The notes under the pieces: model-generated | What the model saw: the letters and a program-made list of their open reading frames with translations, nothing else | Databases searched by the model: none | What the model was told of the DNA's origin: nothing | Made by a program: the position numbers and the translations under genes | Shown here: positions 1-13,157 of the stretch, one piece after another | How the letters are laid out: every line of letters starts with the position of its first letter | Position numbering within the stretch: the stretch's first letter is position 1 | Origin: Candidatus Staskawiczbacteria bacterium | Lineage (GTDB): Bacteria > Patescibacteriota > Minisyncoccia > Minisyncoccales > Staskawiczbacteraceae | Assembly (NCBI GenBank): GCA_023245155.1 | Contig: JAHFKV010000001.1 | Location: 11,034-75,033, forward strand | Length of the DNA stretch: 64,000 bases | Reading direction: 5' to 3'

Positions 1-155
1 TCATGAAAAAATAAAATGATGCTATCTTTATAAATATCTTGTTTTTCAAAATAACCCGCCAAGCTTAAAAATCCGAAATTGGCATATAATAGTCCCGCAA
101 AAACCACCAGGGCGACCAAACAAGCAAACCCAACCCAAAACAGTTGACTGGTCAT
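1..155 (-). CDS. partial hydrophobic protein, N-terminal ~51 codons only (continues past window start)
   Basis: ATG at 155 on minus strand, open to the window edge; MTSQLFWVGFACLVALVVFAGLL looks like a TM helix; below the ORF-track size cut-off. Confidence 0.3.
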   Translation of the reverse strand, partial: MTSQLFWVGFACLVALVVFAGLLYANFGFLSLAGYFEKQDIYKDSIILFFH

Positions 156-174
156 GATTTTTCTTACCTGTTTT

Positions 175-645
175 TTAAAATTCATTTCTTATGATAGAAT
201 AACCCGCAACGCCAAAGGCCACGGAAACATTTAGCGATTCTTTGCGACCCTTCATAGGCAGATGAATAATAACGTCTGATTGTTTGAGCACTTTTTTGGA
301 AACTCCCTTGACTTCGTTACCAACCACCAGAGCTAGGGGAAACTTTGGTTTAAACTTTGTAAAGTCGATGCTTTTACCAGATTGCTCAAGTGAAATAATG
401 CGGATTTTTTGCTGTTTTAGTTTTTCAACTAAGCGCCAAGTTTGCTTATAATGCTCAAAGGGAACGGTTTTTTCCGCTCCCAATGCTGTCTTTGATATTT
501 TTTGATGAGGTGGCTGGCCGCTGATTCCACACAAATATATCTTTGCCACACCCAAGGCATCTGCCGTCCTGAAAATAGACCCGATATTTTCCAAACTGCG
601 GATGTTGTCGCACACCACATAAAATTCTTTCATCTTAAAATCCAA
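175..645 (-). CDS. SpoU/TrmH-family RNA 2'-O-methyltransferase
   Basis: 156 aa; ENIGSIFRTADALG, LVVGNEVKGV and LNVSVAFGV motifs typical of SPOUT methylases. Confidence 0.8.
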   Translation of the reverse strand: MDFKMKEFYVVCDNIRSLENIGSIFRTADALGVAKIYLCGISGQPPHQKISKTALGAEKTVPFEHYKQTWRLVEKLKQQKIRIISLEQSGKSIDFTKFKPKFPLALVVGNEVKGVSKKVLKQSDVIIHLPMKGRKESLNVSVAFGVAGYSIIRNEF

Positions 646-1267
646 CTGCCAAGAATGCCCACCAAGGTTTTTTGACTGACACTATTTCTCCGGTTTGAGC
701 GTTAAATGTTGCCGTCACATGAGCAGAAACGTCCCAAAATCCGAATAATTTCACCTCTTTTTTAGCTGCAACTTCATAAGTGGTATCAGTTTGACTAGTC
801 ACTGCAACTTGCTGCATACCCATGTCGGTCATTTTTTGATCTACTTTAACCGAAACGGTCCCAGGCAATACAATTGTTGTTGGTGGTTGTGGCGGATTCG
901 TCCCGGCACTGGCAACGCATGAAATGTGTGCTACCGAACCAATCGTAGCCGTTTGCATAACTTCTGTTTTTAATCCAGCACAGCAAACATCTTGCCCATA
1001 GACTCCGATTTTACCAGCCTGGATGCAGGCGCCGGTAGTGGTGGTAGTGCCCGGATCGCGTAATTGTTCTGGGGGTAAACAAGCTCCAATAAAAACGCAT
1101 TTACCATTAACCACCATGGCGCTGCAACCTTGGGGAGTAATGCACAAAACATCGGGCTGTGCATTAACTGAAAGCTGTGCCAGGGTTACATTCGCACCCA
1201 CCATTGCCACCATGGAAACTAAGGAAATTAATAATGCTTTTTTCATAATTGTTATGATTAATAACAT
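635..1267 (-). CDS. secreted hypothetical protein (signal peptide, Cys-rich, PepSY-like C-terminus)
   Basis: N-terminal MKKALLISLVSMVAMVGANV signal-like segment; C-terminal KKPWWAFL motif. Confidence 0.5.
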   Translation of the reverse strand: MLLIITIMKKALLISLVSMVAMVGANVTLAQLSVNAQPDVLCITPQGCSAMVVNGKCVFIGACLPPEQLRDPGTTTTTGACIQAGKIGVYGQDVCCAGLKTEVMQTATIGSVAHISCVASAGTNPPQPPTTIVLPGTVSVKVDQKMTDMGMQQVAVTSQTDTTYEVAAKKEVKLFGFWDVSAHVTATFNAQTGEIVSVKKPWWAFLAVGF

Positions 1268-1303
1268 CCCTCACCCCCATATGACGTCGTTGAGGCCTGA
1301 ATA

Positions 1304-1966
1304 TTACAACAAATCAAAGTCATTAATCTGAAGCCCAAAGCGATATCCTAAAAATTGCGCGGCTTTGCGGCAAAATTCCATTCTCTCCGTAAAAATTTCA
1401 AAATATTCCATCACCGGGCAAAAGTTGGTGTCAATTTTTAAACTTAATAAAATTTTCTTAGCTTTTTTATCCACACTAACCTTGCTTTCGGTTGTCGCAT
1501 AATTTACTCTATCATGAATATCCGTTTTCATATGCTCCAATTCTTTATCCACCACGCGACTCCTGTCCACATCTGATTTATCCGCCAGCACCAAAATAGC
1601 TGAAATATTATGCGTAAAATTCATTTCTTCTTTGTCATGGTTGCCAATCGCCTGCATAATCATAGCCAGTTCACGGGGCTCAAACTGCCCCATAAATACC
1701 TGGCTAAAAAGCGTGGCACCAAAAAAATGGTGATAAGTTCGGGTTAAAAAATTCCCAATATCATGACAAAAACCGGCAATTGCCACCAGCTCCCCCTCTC
1801 TTTGAGTCAACCCCAAATCCTTGGCAATTTCCATGGCGCGCCCGGAAACAATATTAGAATGACGCAGTCCATGATTGGTGTATTTTAACGCCTCCATGGC
1901 CTCTTCGGTTTGTTTTATAAACTCCAAAATTTGCGGATTCTTTTTGACGTCCTCAAGAGTTATCAT
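1304..1966 (-). CDS. HD-domain phosphohydrolase
   Basis: HGLRHS ... CHDIGN metal-binding HD signature. Confidence 0.75.
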   Translation of the reverse strand: MITLEDVKKNPQILEFIKQTEEAMEALKYTNHGLRHSNIVSGRAMEIAKDLGLTQREGELVAIAGFCHDIGNFLTRTYHHFFGATLFSQVFMGQFEPRELAMIMQAIGNHDKEEMNFTHNISAILVLADKSDVDRSRVVDKELEHMKTDIHDRVNYATTESKVSVDKKAKKILLSLKIDTNFCPVMEYFEIFTERMEFCRKAAQFLGYRFGLQINDFDLL

Positions 1967-1967
1967 G

Positions 1968-2585
1968 TTAATTTTTGTTAAATCTTTTTTCTATGGCTTG
2001 CCAATTAACCACATTCCACCAGGCTTTTAAATAATCTGCCCGGACATTTTTGTACTGCAAATAATAGGCGTGCTCCCAGACATCATTTCCCAGAATTGGC
2101 GTGAGCCCCTCGCTCATCGGATTGTCCTGATTGGCGGTTGTCATAATTTCCAATCCCCCGTTTTTATTTTTTACCAGCCACACCCAGCCACTGCCGAAAC
2201 GCTTAGCGCCCGCATCATTAAATTTGGTTTTAAAATCTTCAAAACTGCTAAAAGTTTTTTTAATCTCTTCGGCTAATGCCCCACTTGGTTCACCGCCTGC
2301 ATTCGGAGCCATAATTTCCCAAAACATGCTGTGATTGACATGCCCCCCGCCATTATTTTTGATTACCATGCGAATATCTTCTGGAATGGCATTCAAATCC
2401 ATCAACAGCTCTTCTGCAGTTTTTTCAAATAACTCTGTATGCTTTTCCAAAGCGTCATTCAAATTTTTTATGTAAGCCGCATGGTGCTTGTCATGGTGCA
2501 GCTCCATAATTTCTTTAGAAATCACGGGCTCAAGCGTGTCATACGCATATGGCAACTCTGGCAAAGTGTGTAATTTTTTTTCCAT
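1968..2585 (-). CDS. sodA: Fe/Mn superoxide dismutase
   Basis: [28 protein letters not shown] signatures. Confidence 0.95.
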   Translation of the reverse strand: MEKKLHTLPELPYAYDTLEPVISKEIMELHHDKHHAAYIKNLNDALEKHTELFEKTAEELLMDLNAIPEDIRMVIKNNGGGHVNHSMFWEIMAPNAGGEPSGALAEEIKKTFSSFEDFKTKFNDAGAKRFGSGWVWLVKNKNGGLEIMTTANQDNPMSEGLTPILGNDVWEHAYYLQYKNVRADYLKAWWNVVNWQAIEKRFNKN

Positions 2586-2601
2586 AGACTAATTATAGCA
2601 C

Positions 2602-3741
2602 TTAAATTTCCCCTTTTCTAATCTTTTCACGGATTTTGACAACGTATTCATTAAAGTAATGTAAATTATGGAACGTAATGAGTCGCAGGGCCGTAATTTC
2701 GCCTGCCCGCAGTAAATGACAAATGTAATCTTTTTTGTAGTTCAAGCACACCTGACATACGCAATTCTTGTCTAGCGGTTCGCGCTTTTTTAAAAACTTC
2801 TGCTGGCGCAAATTAAGACGGCCTTCAGAAGTAAAAGCAATTCCCCGCCTGGCATAATGGGTGGGCACCGTGCAGTCAAAGGTATCAACACCGGACTTAA
2901 TCAAATCTTCGATATTTTTTAAGTAGCCAACTCCCAACATGTGGCGTGGCTTCTTTTCGTCTAGCAAGGGAATAATCCACTGCAACACCCGGTTGGTTCC
3001 GCCCTTGTCGCGCCACAAATCTCCGCCAATACCAAAACCATCAAACCCCAACGAATTAATATATTTGGCGCTTGCCTCACGTAAATCCTTAAATTCTGAA
3101 CCTTGGATAATCCCAAAAAGGGCTTGCTTAGTTTTTCTTGCCTTCAGGCATATCTTCGCCCAGCGGTGCGTGCGCTCTAATGATTTTTTTACGTATTCAT
3201 AATCTGCTAACGGAGGAGTACATTCATCAAACGTAAACATAATATCAGCCCCGATGTTCTCTTGGATAGCGATTGATTCCTTTGGACCGATAAACAGTTG
3301 ATCACCATTAATGGGCGACTTAAAATACACCCCGTCCTGAGTAATTTTTACTGATTTTGGCTGTTTTGATTGCGTAATAACTTTTTTATCTTTCATGCCC
3401 TTGCCCAAAAACTTGGTCAAGCCAAAGTCACGCCCGAAACCCAAAGAAAAAACTTGGAACCCGCTGGAATCGGTCATGAGCGGTTTTTTCCAATTCATAA
3501 ATTTATGAATTCCACCAGCTTTATCAATGATTTTTTCTCCAGGGCGCAAATGTAACCAAAAAGTGTTGGAAATAAGCATTTGTGAATTAGTCTGCTCAAC
3601 CTCTTCGCTGGTCAATGTTTTTATAACCGCTTGCGTTGCCACAGGAATCAAGCACGGAGTCTGGACCACTCCGTGTTCTGTTTCCATAAACCCTAGCCGG
3701 GCATTGCTGATGTTCGATTTTTTGAGTATTTTAAAGTTCAT
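2602..3741 (-). CDS. tgt: queuine tRNA-ribosyltransferase (tRNA-guanine transglycosylase)
   Basis: 379 aa; TPCLIPVAT, MTDSSGFQV, CxCxxC zinc site (CVCQVC) typical of Tgt. Confidence 0.9.
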   Translation of the reverse strand: MNFKILKKSNISNARLGFMETEHGVVQTPCLIPVATQAVIKTLTSEEVEQTNSQMLISNTFWLHLRPGEKIIDKAGGIHKFMNWKKPLMTDSSGFQVFSLGFGRDFGLTKFLGKGMKDKKVITQSKQPKSVKITQDGVYFKSPINGDQLFIGPKESIAIQENIGADIMFTFDECTPPLADYEYVKKSLERTHRWAKICLKARKTKQALFGIIQGSEFKDLREASAKYINSLGFDGFGIGGDLWRDKGGTNRVLQWIIPLLDEKKPRHMLGVGYLKNIEDLIKSGVDTFDCTVPTHYARRGIAFTSEGRLNLRQQKFLKKREPLDKNCVCQVCLNYKKDYICHLLRAGEITALRLITFHNLHYFNEYVVKIREKIRKGEI

Positions 3742-4217
3742 TTAAATTTAACCGGCACGATAACTGTTTTATCTTTTGCCGGATCACCACTGGCGTTTTC
3801 GTTGTGAAATACCAACGATCCTGTGGCAATGGCGGGGGCTGGGAATATTAGCGTGGTTTCAAAATTTGTTGGCAGTTGAGTCCACTCCGTAATAGCAGTA
3901 AGTGGGCCCTGTGCCAAAACCGCACCGTTTGCATCCAGTAATTCCACTCCTCCCACCTGTCCTTCAAACCCATTCCAGCCATTGCCACGCACCACGCCAG
4001 TAATTTTTAGAGGAGAAGACACCACTTCATTTGGCTTTGGTGAAAAAACTTCTATATCAGCAGGTGGCGGGGACTGGAGAACCGTTTCTTTATGTACGGG
4101 CCAAAATAAAACTACAGCCAGTGCCAAAATAATGATTGCTAAAACGATAACGATTAGCATTTCCTTTTTCATATCTGCATCATAACCTGAACAATCCACA
4201 CCTGTAAACATTGACAC
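3738..4217 (-). CDS. membrane-anchored Gmad2 immunoglobulin-like domain protein
   Basis: TM helix then SPLKITGVVRGNGWNGFEGQVGGVELLDANG pattern; true start may be the internal MKKEM (4172). Confidence 0.55.
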   Translation of the reverse strand: MSMFTGVDCSGYDADMKKEMLIVIVLAIIILALAVVLFWPVHKETVLQSPPPADIEVFSPKPNEVVSSPLKITGVVRGNGWNGFEGQVGGVELLDANGAVLAQGPLTAITEWTQLPTNFETTLIFPAPAIATGSLVFHNENASGDPAKDKTVIVPVKFK

Positions 4218-4306
4218 GAGCTATACAGAACGTACAATAAATACAGACAATGGTCTATAAACGGCCTGATGTCAAAGGTCGTTTTATTAAATAAAGAGAA
4301 AAAAGA

Positions 4307-4483
4307 ATGTTCAATAACAATCAAGGAGGAGGAAATTTTACCCCTCGCCCAAAAGTGCAGGGCAATTGGAAATGTTCAGATTGCGGAAAAGAAATTACAG
4401 AACTTCCATTTGAACCGGCTCCAGATAGGCCCATTTATTGCTTAGACTGCTGGAAGAAAAACCGGCCTCCAAAGAAATACTAA
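4307..4483 (+). CDS. small zinc-ribbon protein, CxxC-x18-CxxC (resembles the CxxC-x17-CxxC family)
   Basis: 58 aa ORF not in the track: MFNNNQGGGNFTPRPKVQGNWKCSDCGKEITELPFEPAPDRPIYCLDCWKKNRPPKKY; A-rich upstream region; terminator follows. Confidence 0.7.
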   Translation: MFNNNQGGGNFTPRPKVQGNWKCSDCGKEITELPFEPAPDRPIYCLDCWKKNRPPKKY

Positions 4484-4493
4484 ATTTCACAGA

Positions 4494-4532
4494 AACAAAA
4501 AACCGCGTACGTAATCGCGGTTTTTTGTTTTT
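4494..4532. terminator. bidirectional rho-independent terminator
   Basis: AAACCGCG-loop-CGCGGTTT hairpin flanked by an A-run and a T-run, between convergent genes. Confidence 0.75.
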
Positions 4533-4535
4533 TAA

Positions 4536-4739
4536 TTACATGCTCTTCTTAGTCAAGGCCATCCATCCTACATACAATGCTGACAAACCTACTAAAATAT
4601 AGATTAAGCTGACAAGCATTGGCCAGGTGCCAAAGATCATCCATACCACGTTAGTGGTTCCCGTTAACCCCATGATGCCCCAGTTTAATCCTCCAATCAC
4701 CAATAACCAAAGGGCGATCATATCTAACATCTTGTTCAT
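4536..4739 (-). CDS. DUF378-family small membrane protein
   Basis: 67 aa, two TM helices, LVIGGLNWGIMGL motif. Confidence 0.65.
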   Translation of the reverse strand: MNKMLDMIALWLLVIGGLNWGIMGLTGTTNVVWMIFGTWPMLVSLIYILVGLSALYVGWMALTKKSM

Positions 4740-4854
4740 TTTTTTAAAACTGATTAATACTATTTAATCTTTTTTAAACAGAACGACCTTTAAAGACCTA
4801 TCTTACAGTCTTTAGCAATTATACCATTTTTCCTAAAACTCATGTCAACCACGG

Positions 4855-5367
4855 TTATCCACTGTTGGCTAAAACGTTAATATCTTCAACCTGGGACTTT
4901 TTCAAAATAGCATCTTGGATTTGCAGGGCAATTTGCTTATCTAATGAGGGTAAAATAACCTGGGACTCCCCTTCTACCATCATAATAATCAACTGGCTGA
5001 GTCCGAATAATTGGTCGGCCAATGAACGCTCAATCTTCACATCTTTAATCCGGCGGTACGGGATGCCCACTTCTTCCACCGCAAAGAGGCCGCGCCGCAC
5101 TCTAATATCTTTCTCATTCATAAAAATACCATACCGCGAATATTCCAGCCAGCCGATGAGAAGAGCTGCAATGGCCATCATCACAAACAGCGCCATGCCA
5201 CCGAACATGGCATTAATGGCAATATCAAGGTATTGGGTTGGAACATAGCCTAAAAAATACATTCCCAAAGTCAATGCTATTGCCAGAACGACCGCAAAAA
5301 AACTCCGCTTAAACACCAGCATAAAAAGCGTTTTGCCTCCCAATGGATAGTATGATGTTTCTGGCAT
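4855..5367 (-). CDS. membrane protein with bacterial PH (bPH_2/YdbT-like) domain
   Basis: two N-terminal TM helices then YRRIKDVKIERSLADQLFGLSQLII. Confidence 0.6.
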   Translation of the reverse strand: MPETSYYPLGGKTLFMLVFKRSFFAVVLAIALTLGMYFLGYVPTQYLDIAINAMFGGMALFVMMAIAALLIGWLEYSRYGIFMNEKDIRVRRGLFAVEEVGIPYRRIKDVKIERSLADQLFGLSQLIIMMVEGESQVILPSLDKQIALQIQDAILKKSQVEDINVLANSG

Positions 5368-5368
5368 A

Positions 5369-7921
<2,553 letters not shown>

Positions 7922-8026
7922 GAATTTTGAACGAAGTAAGAAATTCACTTTGAAAATCAGGTTGAAATTTTTATATACCGTTACTGCTGGACCTGATTTT
8001 CATTGCGACACATTGCTTTGTTTCTA

Positions 8027-9547
8027 TTATACAGTTTCAATGAATTTTCCGATCACCTCCTTCATTTTTGCTTCAATTTTATCGGTAATTTGGCGTTCTT
8101 TTTTCAGTGATTCCAGTAAGTCGCCATGCAAATCTTTCACGTATTCCAAAAACCTCACTTCAATTTCCTGGATTTTTTCCGGTTCAAAGTTATTGAAGTA
8201 ACCATTCAGTGCTGCATAAATTACCAGTACTTGGTTTTCAAATGGGAATGGCGCCAAGTCAGTTTGCTTTAAGACCTCCGTCATAATTCTGCCCCGATGG
8301 ATTTTTTGTTTGGTTTGTTCATCAACGTCGCTGGCAAACTGCATAAACGTTTGTAATTCGCGAAACTGCGCCAATTCAAGCCTTAATTTGCCCGCCACTT
8401 TTTTCATGGCTTTGGTTTGAGCCGATGTTCCCACGCGCGAAACCGACAAACCCACATTCACTGCCGGACGCGTGCCTTGATAAAATAAATCAGATTCTAA
8501 ATAAATCTGTCCGTCGGTGATGGAAATAACGTTGGTTGGGATATAGGCCGTGCCGTCGCCCAATTGTGTTTCAATGATTGGGATCGCCGTCAATGACCCT
8601 CCCCCATTTTCTTTGGACAGCTTTGCCGCGCGCTCTAAAAGCCTTGAATGCAAGTAAAACACATCTCCCGGATAAGCTTCTCTGCCTGGCGGTCTTCGCA
8701 AAAGCAAAGAAATTTGCCGATACGCCCAGGCGTGTTTGGACAAATCATCATAAATAATCAGCGCATCCTGGCCCTTATCACGGAAATATTCTCCAATGGC
8801 GCATCCCGCAAACGGTGCCAAATACCAAAAAGCTGCGGGGCTGGAAGCGGCGGCCGAAACTACAATGGCATTTTCAAAGGCATCATTATTTTTTAGTGTT
8901 TCTACTATTTTAGCCACCTTGGATTCTTTTTGCCCAACCGCCACATAAATGCAAATAATTTTACTGCCCTCGCGCGCTTGATTAATAATCATATCCAACG
9001 CAATAGCCGTTTTCCCGGTTCCACGGTCGCCGATAATTAATTCTCTTTGCCCTCGGCCAATCGGAATCATCGCGTCAATAGCTTTAATACCGGTGTGAAG
9101 CGGTTGATTGACCGATTCGCGCGCCAATACATTGGGCGCCTCGTTTTCCAAAAAATTAAGTTGCGGTTTTTCTTTTTCACTAAAAATCGGCCCCTTGCCA
9201 TCCAGAGGATTTCCCAAGGGGTCAACTACTCTGCCCAACAATTGCTCTCCAACCGGAATAGACAGAAGCTGCTTGGTCCTTTTTACCGTTTGACCGGCTT
9301 TTACCGCGACGCTATCACCCAACAGCAAGGCTCCTACAGCATCTTCTTCTAAATTCAGCGCTACAGCGTTAATTTTTTCTTTTTCTGTTTCAATAAGTAA
9401 AACCTCCTGGCTTTGCACATTTGAAAGGCCAGAAATTTTAATAATTCCATCCCCCACTTCAATCACTTTGCCAATTTCCTCCCACTCGGGGTTGTCTTGG
9501 TAACCCTCAATGGCTTTTTTTAATTTTTCTATAATTTCCTGCGACAT
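8027..9547 (-). CDS. atpA: ATP synthase F1 alpha subunit
   Basis: GDRGTGKT Walker A; 506 aa. Confidence 0.98.
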   Translation of the reverse strand: MSQEIIEKLKKAIEGYQDNPEWEEIGKVIEVGDGIIKISGLSNVQSQEVLLIETEKEKINAVALNLEEDAVGALLLGDSVAVKAGQTVKRTKQLLSIPVGEQLLGRVVDPLGNPLDGKGPIFSEKEKPQLNFLENEAPNVLARESVNQPLHTGIKAIDAMIPIGRGQRELIIGDRGTGKTAIALDMIINQAREGSKIICIYVAVGQKESKVAKIVETLKNNDAFENAIVVSAAASSPAAFWYLAPFAGCAIGEYFRDKGQDALIIYDDLSKHAWAYRQISLLLRRPPGREAYPGDVFYLHSRLLERAAKLSKENGGGSLTAIPIIETQLGDGTAYIPTNVISITDGQIYLESDLFYQGTRPAVNVGLSVSRVGTSAQTKAMKKVAGKLRLELAQFRELQTFMQFASDVDEQTKQKIHRGRIMTEVLKQTDLAPFPFENQVLVIYAALNGYFNNFEPEKIQEIEVRFLEYVKDLHGDLLESLKKERQITDKIEAKMKEVIGKFIETV

Positions 9548-9600
9548 TGAATACCACTCTATTTAATTTTATAATGTCTGGTATAAGTGTAGAAAAATTG

Positions 9601-9930
9601 TTATTTTTCTACCTTAAATACCTTATCTAATTTATTTTTTAGTGAAAAATCTAATTGCTTTTCTCCATTGATGGTGATTCTGGCACCAGCCACCAACTCG
9701 GGGTTTATTTTTTCTTCAACCCGGTCATTTTTTCCAAAGCGCCAATTGGTTTTTACGTTTCTGGCAGTTTCAATGACTACGTTCCGGTACTTCATTTTTC
9801 CAATCAAAACTACAATTTCTTTTAATTTTTTTACGTCACCATTCTTTTCCAACAACCGTAAAAAGTTCTGCAAATTAAACTTCTTAGCTTGCACAATCGC
9901 TCTTGCGTATTCCTTGGCTTTATATTTCAT
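9601..9930 (-). CDS. atpH: ATP synthase delta (OSCP) subunit, unusually short
   Basis: operon position between atpF and atpA; C-terminal ELVAGARITINGEKQLDFSLKNKL matches the delta signature; 109 aa. Confidence 0.7.
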   Translation of the reverse strand: MKYKAKEYARAIVQAKKFNLQNFLRLLEKNGDVKKLKEIVVLIGKMKYRNVVIETARNVKTNWRFGKNDRVEEKINPELVAGARITINGEKQLDFSLKNKLDKVFKVEK

Positions 9931-10422
9931 GTTTTACAAAATCAGCGGCTTTCTCTATCAGCGCTTCATCAATTAATTCCGGCTTCAATTCAACCGTTTT
10001 GACAATAAATTTTTTTATCAATTCAGACGCACCTTTTAACACATTCTGCCTGGCCTCCTCTTTTTGACGCTCGCCGGCCGCAGTAATTTGCGCCATTAAT
10101 TCTGCTTGGCGCTGTTCGGCCTTCAATTTTAAAGAAGCTTCCAATGTTTTGGCGCGATTTTCGGTTTCCTTAATCATGGCCAGCGCCGCGTTGTCTGCTT
10201 TTTGCAATTTTCCCTTGGCAATGCTATCAACTTCATGTAGCCGCACATCGGCTTCAGCGGCCTTATCCAAACCCTCTTTAATGATTGCATTTCTTTTTTT
10301 AATAACTGCCAACAGAGGCTTGTAGACAAATTGACGCAAAACCAACAGTAAAATGGCAAAATTAAAAACCTGGCTTAATAAAAGCTTCCAGTCAATCCCG
10401 AGCTGTCCAAGCAGTCCCTCCA

Positions 10423-10423
<1 letters not shown>
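9920..10423 (-). CDS. atpF: ATP synthase Fo subunit b
   Basis: single N-terminal TM then long charged helix; operon position. Confidence 0.85.
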
Positions 10424-10668
<245 letters not shown>

Positions 10669-10762
10669 CTAATCTACTAATGACACACTAATTTACTAAT
10701 TCGCAAATCGTATTCGTATATTCGGGGGTGATTAGTATATTCGGGTCGCCTTATTTTAATAA

Positions 10763-11482
10763 TTAATGCTCGTGCACCGCAGTGTGCAGTGATATTGAAA
10801 CCAACGTAAGCATAGCAAACAAAAAAGCTTGAATCAAGCCGACAAACAGTTCTAAAAACAAAAATGGCAGAGGAATGAAATAGGGTGCTAAAAAAGCTAC
10901 AATGGTCAGCAGCACTTCCCCCGCAAACACGTTCCCGAATAATCGGAATGATAATGAAATAATCTTGGCCAGTTCCGATACCATTTCTAAGATACCGATG
11001 AAAAACTTAATGGGGTTTTTAAAGTTGATAAACTTGCTGATGTGAGGCAAAATGCCAACGGCGAAAGCTCCCAAAATGTTGGTCATGACTACGGAAATGA
11101 TGGCAAAAGCCAGAGTGAAGTTTAAATCCGCGGCAGGAGAACGGAACAGTGGTGTTTCTCCCAAATGAATGGATCCCACTCCCGGGAAGATCCCCAGCAC
11201 ATTAGAACATAAAATAAAAATAAAAATGGTGGCAATGAGCGGAAAGTATTTTTCAGCGGCTTGGACAGAGCCCAGCGTGGCATGCATGACATCTAACAGC
11301 CATTCCATTCCCATTTCCAAAGCGCCCTGTAATTTACCGGGAATCAGGGAAATCTTTTCCCGCATCACAAAAGAAAATACGATGAGCAACGCGGAAACAA
11401 CCAGGGTCATGAAAAACCCATTGGTAAAAGGGAACCCGCCAATGGTAAATAACTCTTGGGCTTTAAGAGAAATGGCTTCCAT
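10763..11482 (-). CDS. atpB: ATP synthase Fo subunit a
   Basis: SLSFRLFGNVFAGE motif with the essential Arg. Confidence 0.92.
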   Translation of the reverse strand: MEAISLKAQELFTIGGFPFTNGFFMTLVVSALLIVFSFVMREKISLIPGKLQGALEMGMEWLLDVMHATLGSVQAAEKYFPLIATIFIFILCSNVLGIFPGVGSIHLGETPLFRSPAADLNFTLAFAIISVVMTNILGAFAVGILPHISKFINFKNPIKFFIGILEMVSELAKIISLSFRLFGNVFAGEVLLTIVAFLAPYFIPLPFLFLELFVGLIQAFLFAMLTLVSISLHTAVHEH

Positions 11483-11904
11483 TAGATTTGCGCTTTCTTC
11501 CGTTTATATTCTAACCAAATAAGCATAATTAAGAAAAAATCAAAAACAATAAACCCTGACAATACCAGGGAATGATTGAATAAAAACCGCACAAACATAT
11601 AAGCGGTAAATATCAAAAAGCAAGTAATGGCAACCGGGTAGGCCCACAACTTTCCCCGCAGCAACGAAATCACCAAGAACAGATTAACTGCTCCGTAAAA
11701 AAGCAGGTAGGCAGCAATAAAATGCCTGGTACTATAAGAAAAACGGGGTGGGTGGCTTAACGAGGCCGTCATAAAACGCACCGCAGCTTGTTCTCGAAAT
11801 AATAAAAAAGCACCAGACACCATTTCCAAAACGCCACTAATACCTTTGGCAAAAACCGTCACCTCAAACAACCCGTGAGTGACTTTTTTTAATGTATTAT
11901 CCAT
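11482..11904 (-). CDS. DUF2127-like 4-TM membrane protein in the atpI position
   Basis: 140 aa, 1-nt overlap with the atpB start; the family call is from general pattern only. Confidence 0.4.
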   Translation of the reverse strand: MDNTLKKVTHGLFEVTVFAKGISGVLEMVSGAFLLFREQAAVRFMTASLSHPPRFSYSTRHFIAAYLLFYGAVNLFLVISLLRGKLWAYPVAITCFLIFTAYMFVRFLFNHSLVLSGFIVFDFFLIMLIWLEYKRKKAQI

Positions 11905-11905
11905 A

Positions 11906-12289
11906 TTACCCGATGGCTTCTTTTATTATTTCCACCAGATCAGAAGGAGTGGTGTTGGCCTTAATAATGATTTTATCGGGTTTTACGCCCGCGGGCATCT
12001 GGCCTTCGGCGTTTTCCTGGTTGGTTAAGATAAATGCCTTCACGTCCTTGGTTGCAGGCGTTTTACGAATTTCAGCAAGAATTTCCGTGCCGTTCATATC
12101 AGGCAAAATCAGGTCAAGCAGGAAGATATCAGGCTTTGGCGAGGTGCCTTCGGCAACGTCCTTGATTTTCTTGATAACATCGGCGCCCAAACTCAACACC
12201 TCAACATCAAAATGGCTCTTGGTAAGCATAGTTTGATAAATGTCGATAATTGCAGCGTCGTCCTCAACAAGAACTATTTTTTTACTCAT
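11906..12289 (-). CDS. stand-alone response regulator receiver domain (CheY-like)
   Basis: VLVEDD ... LLDLILPDMNG ... ILTNQ receiver motifs; no output domain. Confidence 0.85.
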   Translation of the reverse strand: MSKKIVLVEDDAAIIDIYQTMLTKSHFDVEVLSLGADVIKKIKDVAEGTSPKPDIFLLDLILPDMNGTEILAEIRKTPATKDVKAFILTNQENAEGQMPAGVKPDKIIIKANTTPSDLVEIIKEAIG

Positions 12290-12301
12290 GGTTTTTATTT
12301 T

Positions 12302-12607
12302 TTAGAATGGGTTATTGTACTTCTCTTGTGAAAAATTATCAATAACATTCTGGCGCTTTGCCCATTCGCCCAGAACGGATTGATAGGTTTTTTCTCCGAA
12401 AGCGGCGGGGGTATCAGTGACCTGGATTTGTTGGTGTGCAGGCGAAGAAACATAGTGATAAAATAACAGCTCTCCTAGAACTAATTCCAAACACACAAAA
12501 ACCAAGATAAACAAAAACGCGTGACTGGCCAACAGCCACGGTATTTTTTTAATTACCAGGCCATATTTTGAAAATGTTTTTTTAATGTTTTGCGGAGTTT
12601 GCAACAT
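12302..12607 (-). CDS. hypothetical single-TM protein, last gene of pilus cluster
   Basis: ORF with TM helix, tightly packed after the pilO-like gene. Confidence 0.45.
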   Translation of the reverse strand: MLQTPQNIKKTFSKYGLVIKKIPWLLASHAFLFILVFVCLELVLGELLFYHYVSSPAHQQIQVTDTPAAFGEKTYQSVLGEWAKRQNVIDNFSQEKYNNPF

Positions 12608-12611
12608 ACTA

Positions 12612-13157
12612 TTATTTAGGCAAAGCCTCTAATGAAATAAATGCTTCTAAATCACCTTGAGGGACGTTTTTACTCAGAACACTTTTTTCTATTTTTCGTA
12701 TTGTTACGTTAGTGACATTCACTAAATAAGGACTCATTTCCAATTGCTGGGAAAATTGCAGGATCCCCCTGAAGCTTCCGGTTATGTCAATTTGGAATGT
12801 AATAGGCTTTTGAGCCGCATCTAACGTTTTAGCTCCTCCAACGGTAATGTCTGCATTCACATTGGTATTAACGGCGACACCTTCCAAAAATTGGATAAAA
12901 TCTACTGGATTCTCCGCATCAACAAATAATTGGCCAGCCTTGTCTAAATTTTCCTTGTATCCTTGGTATTTTGCCTTAAAATCACTCACTTGCTTATCTT
13001 GCAACTGCATGGAAACCACCTCTTGTTTTTCTGCGGCAACATCAAGAGATCCTTGTTGAATAGCTCCCAGAACCAGATACAGTAAAACACACAGCACTAT
13101 GATTGCCACAGAGATGCCCGAGAGCAATATGATATATGCCCTATTGGGGGTTTTCAT
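12612..13157 (-). CDS. pilO: PilO-like pilus assembly protein
   Basis: N-terminal TM plus coiled coil, position after pilN. Confidence 0.5.
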   Translation of the reverse strand: MKTPNRAYIILLSGISVAIIVLCVLLYLVLGAIQQGSLDVAAEKQEVVSMQLQDKQVSDFKAKYQGYKENLDKAGQLFVDAENPVDFIQFLEGVAVNTNVNADITVGGAKTLDAAQKPITFQIDITGSFRGILQFSQQLEMSPYLVNVTNVTIRKIEKSVLSKNVPQGDLEAFISLEALPK

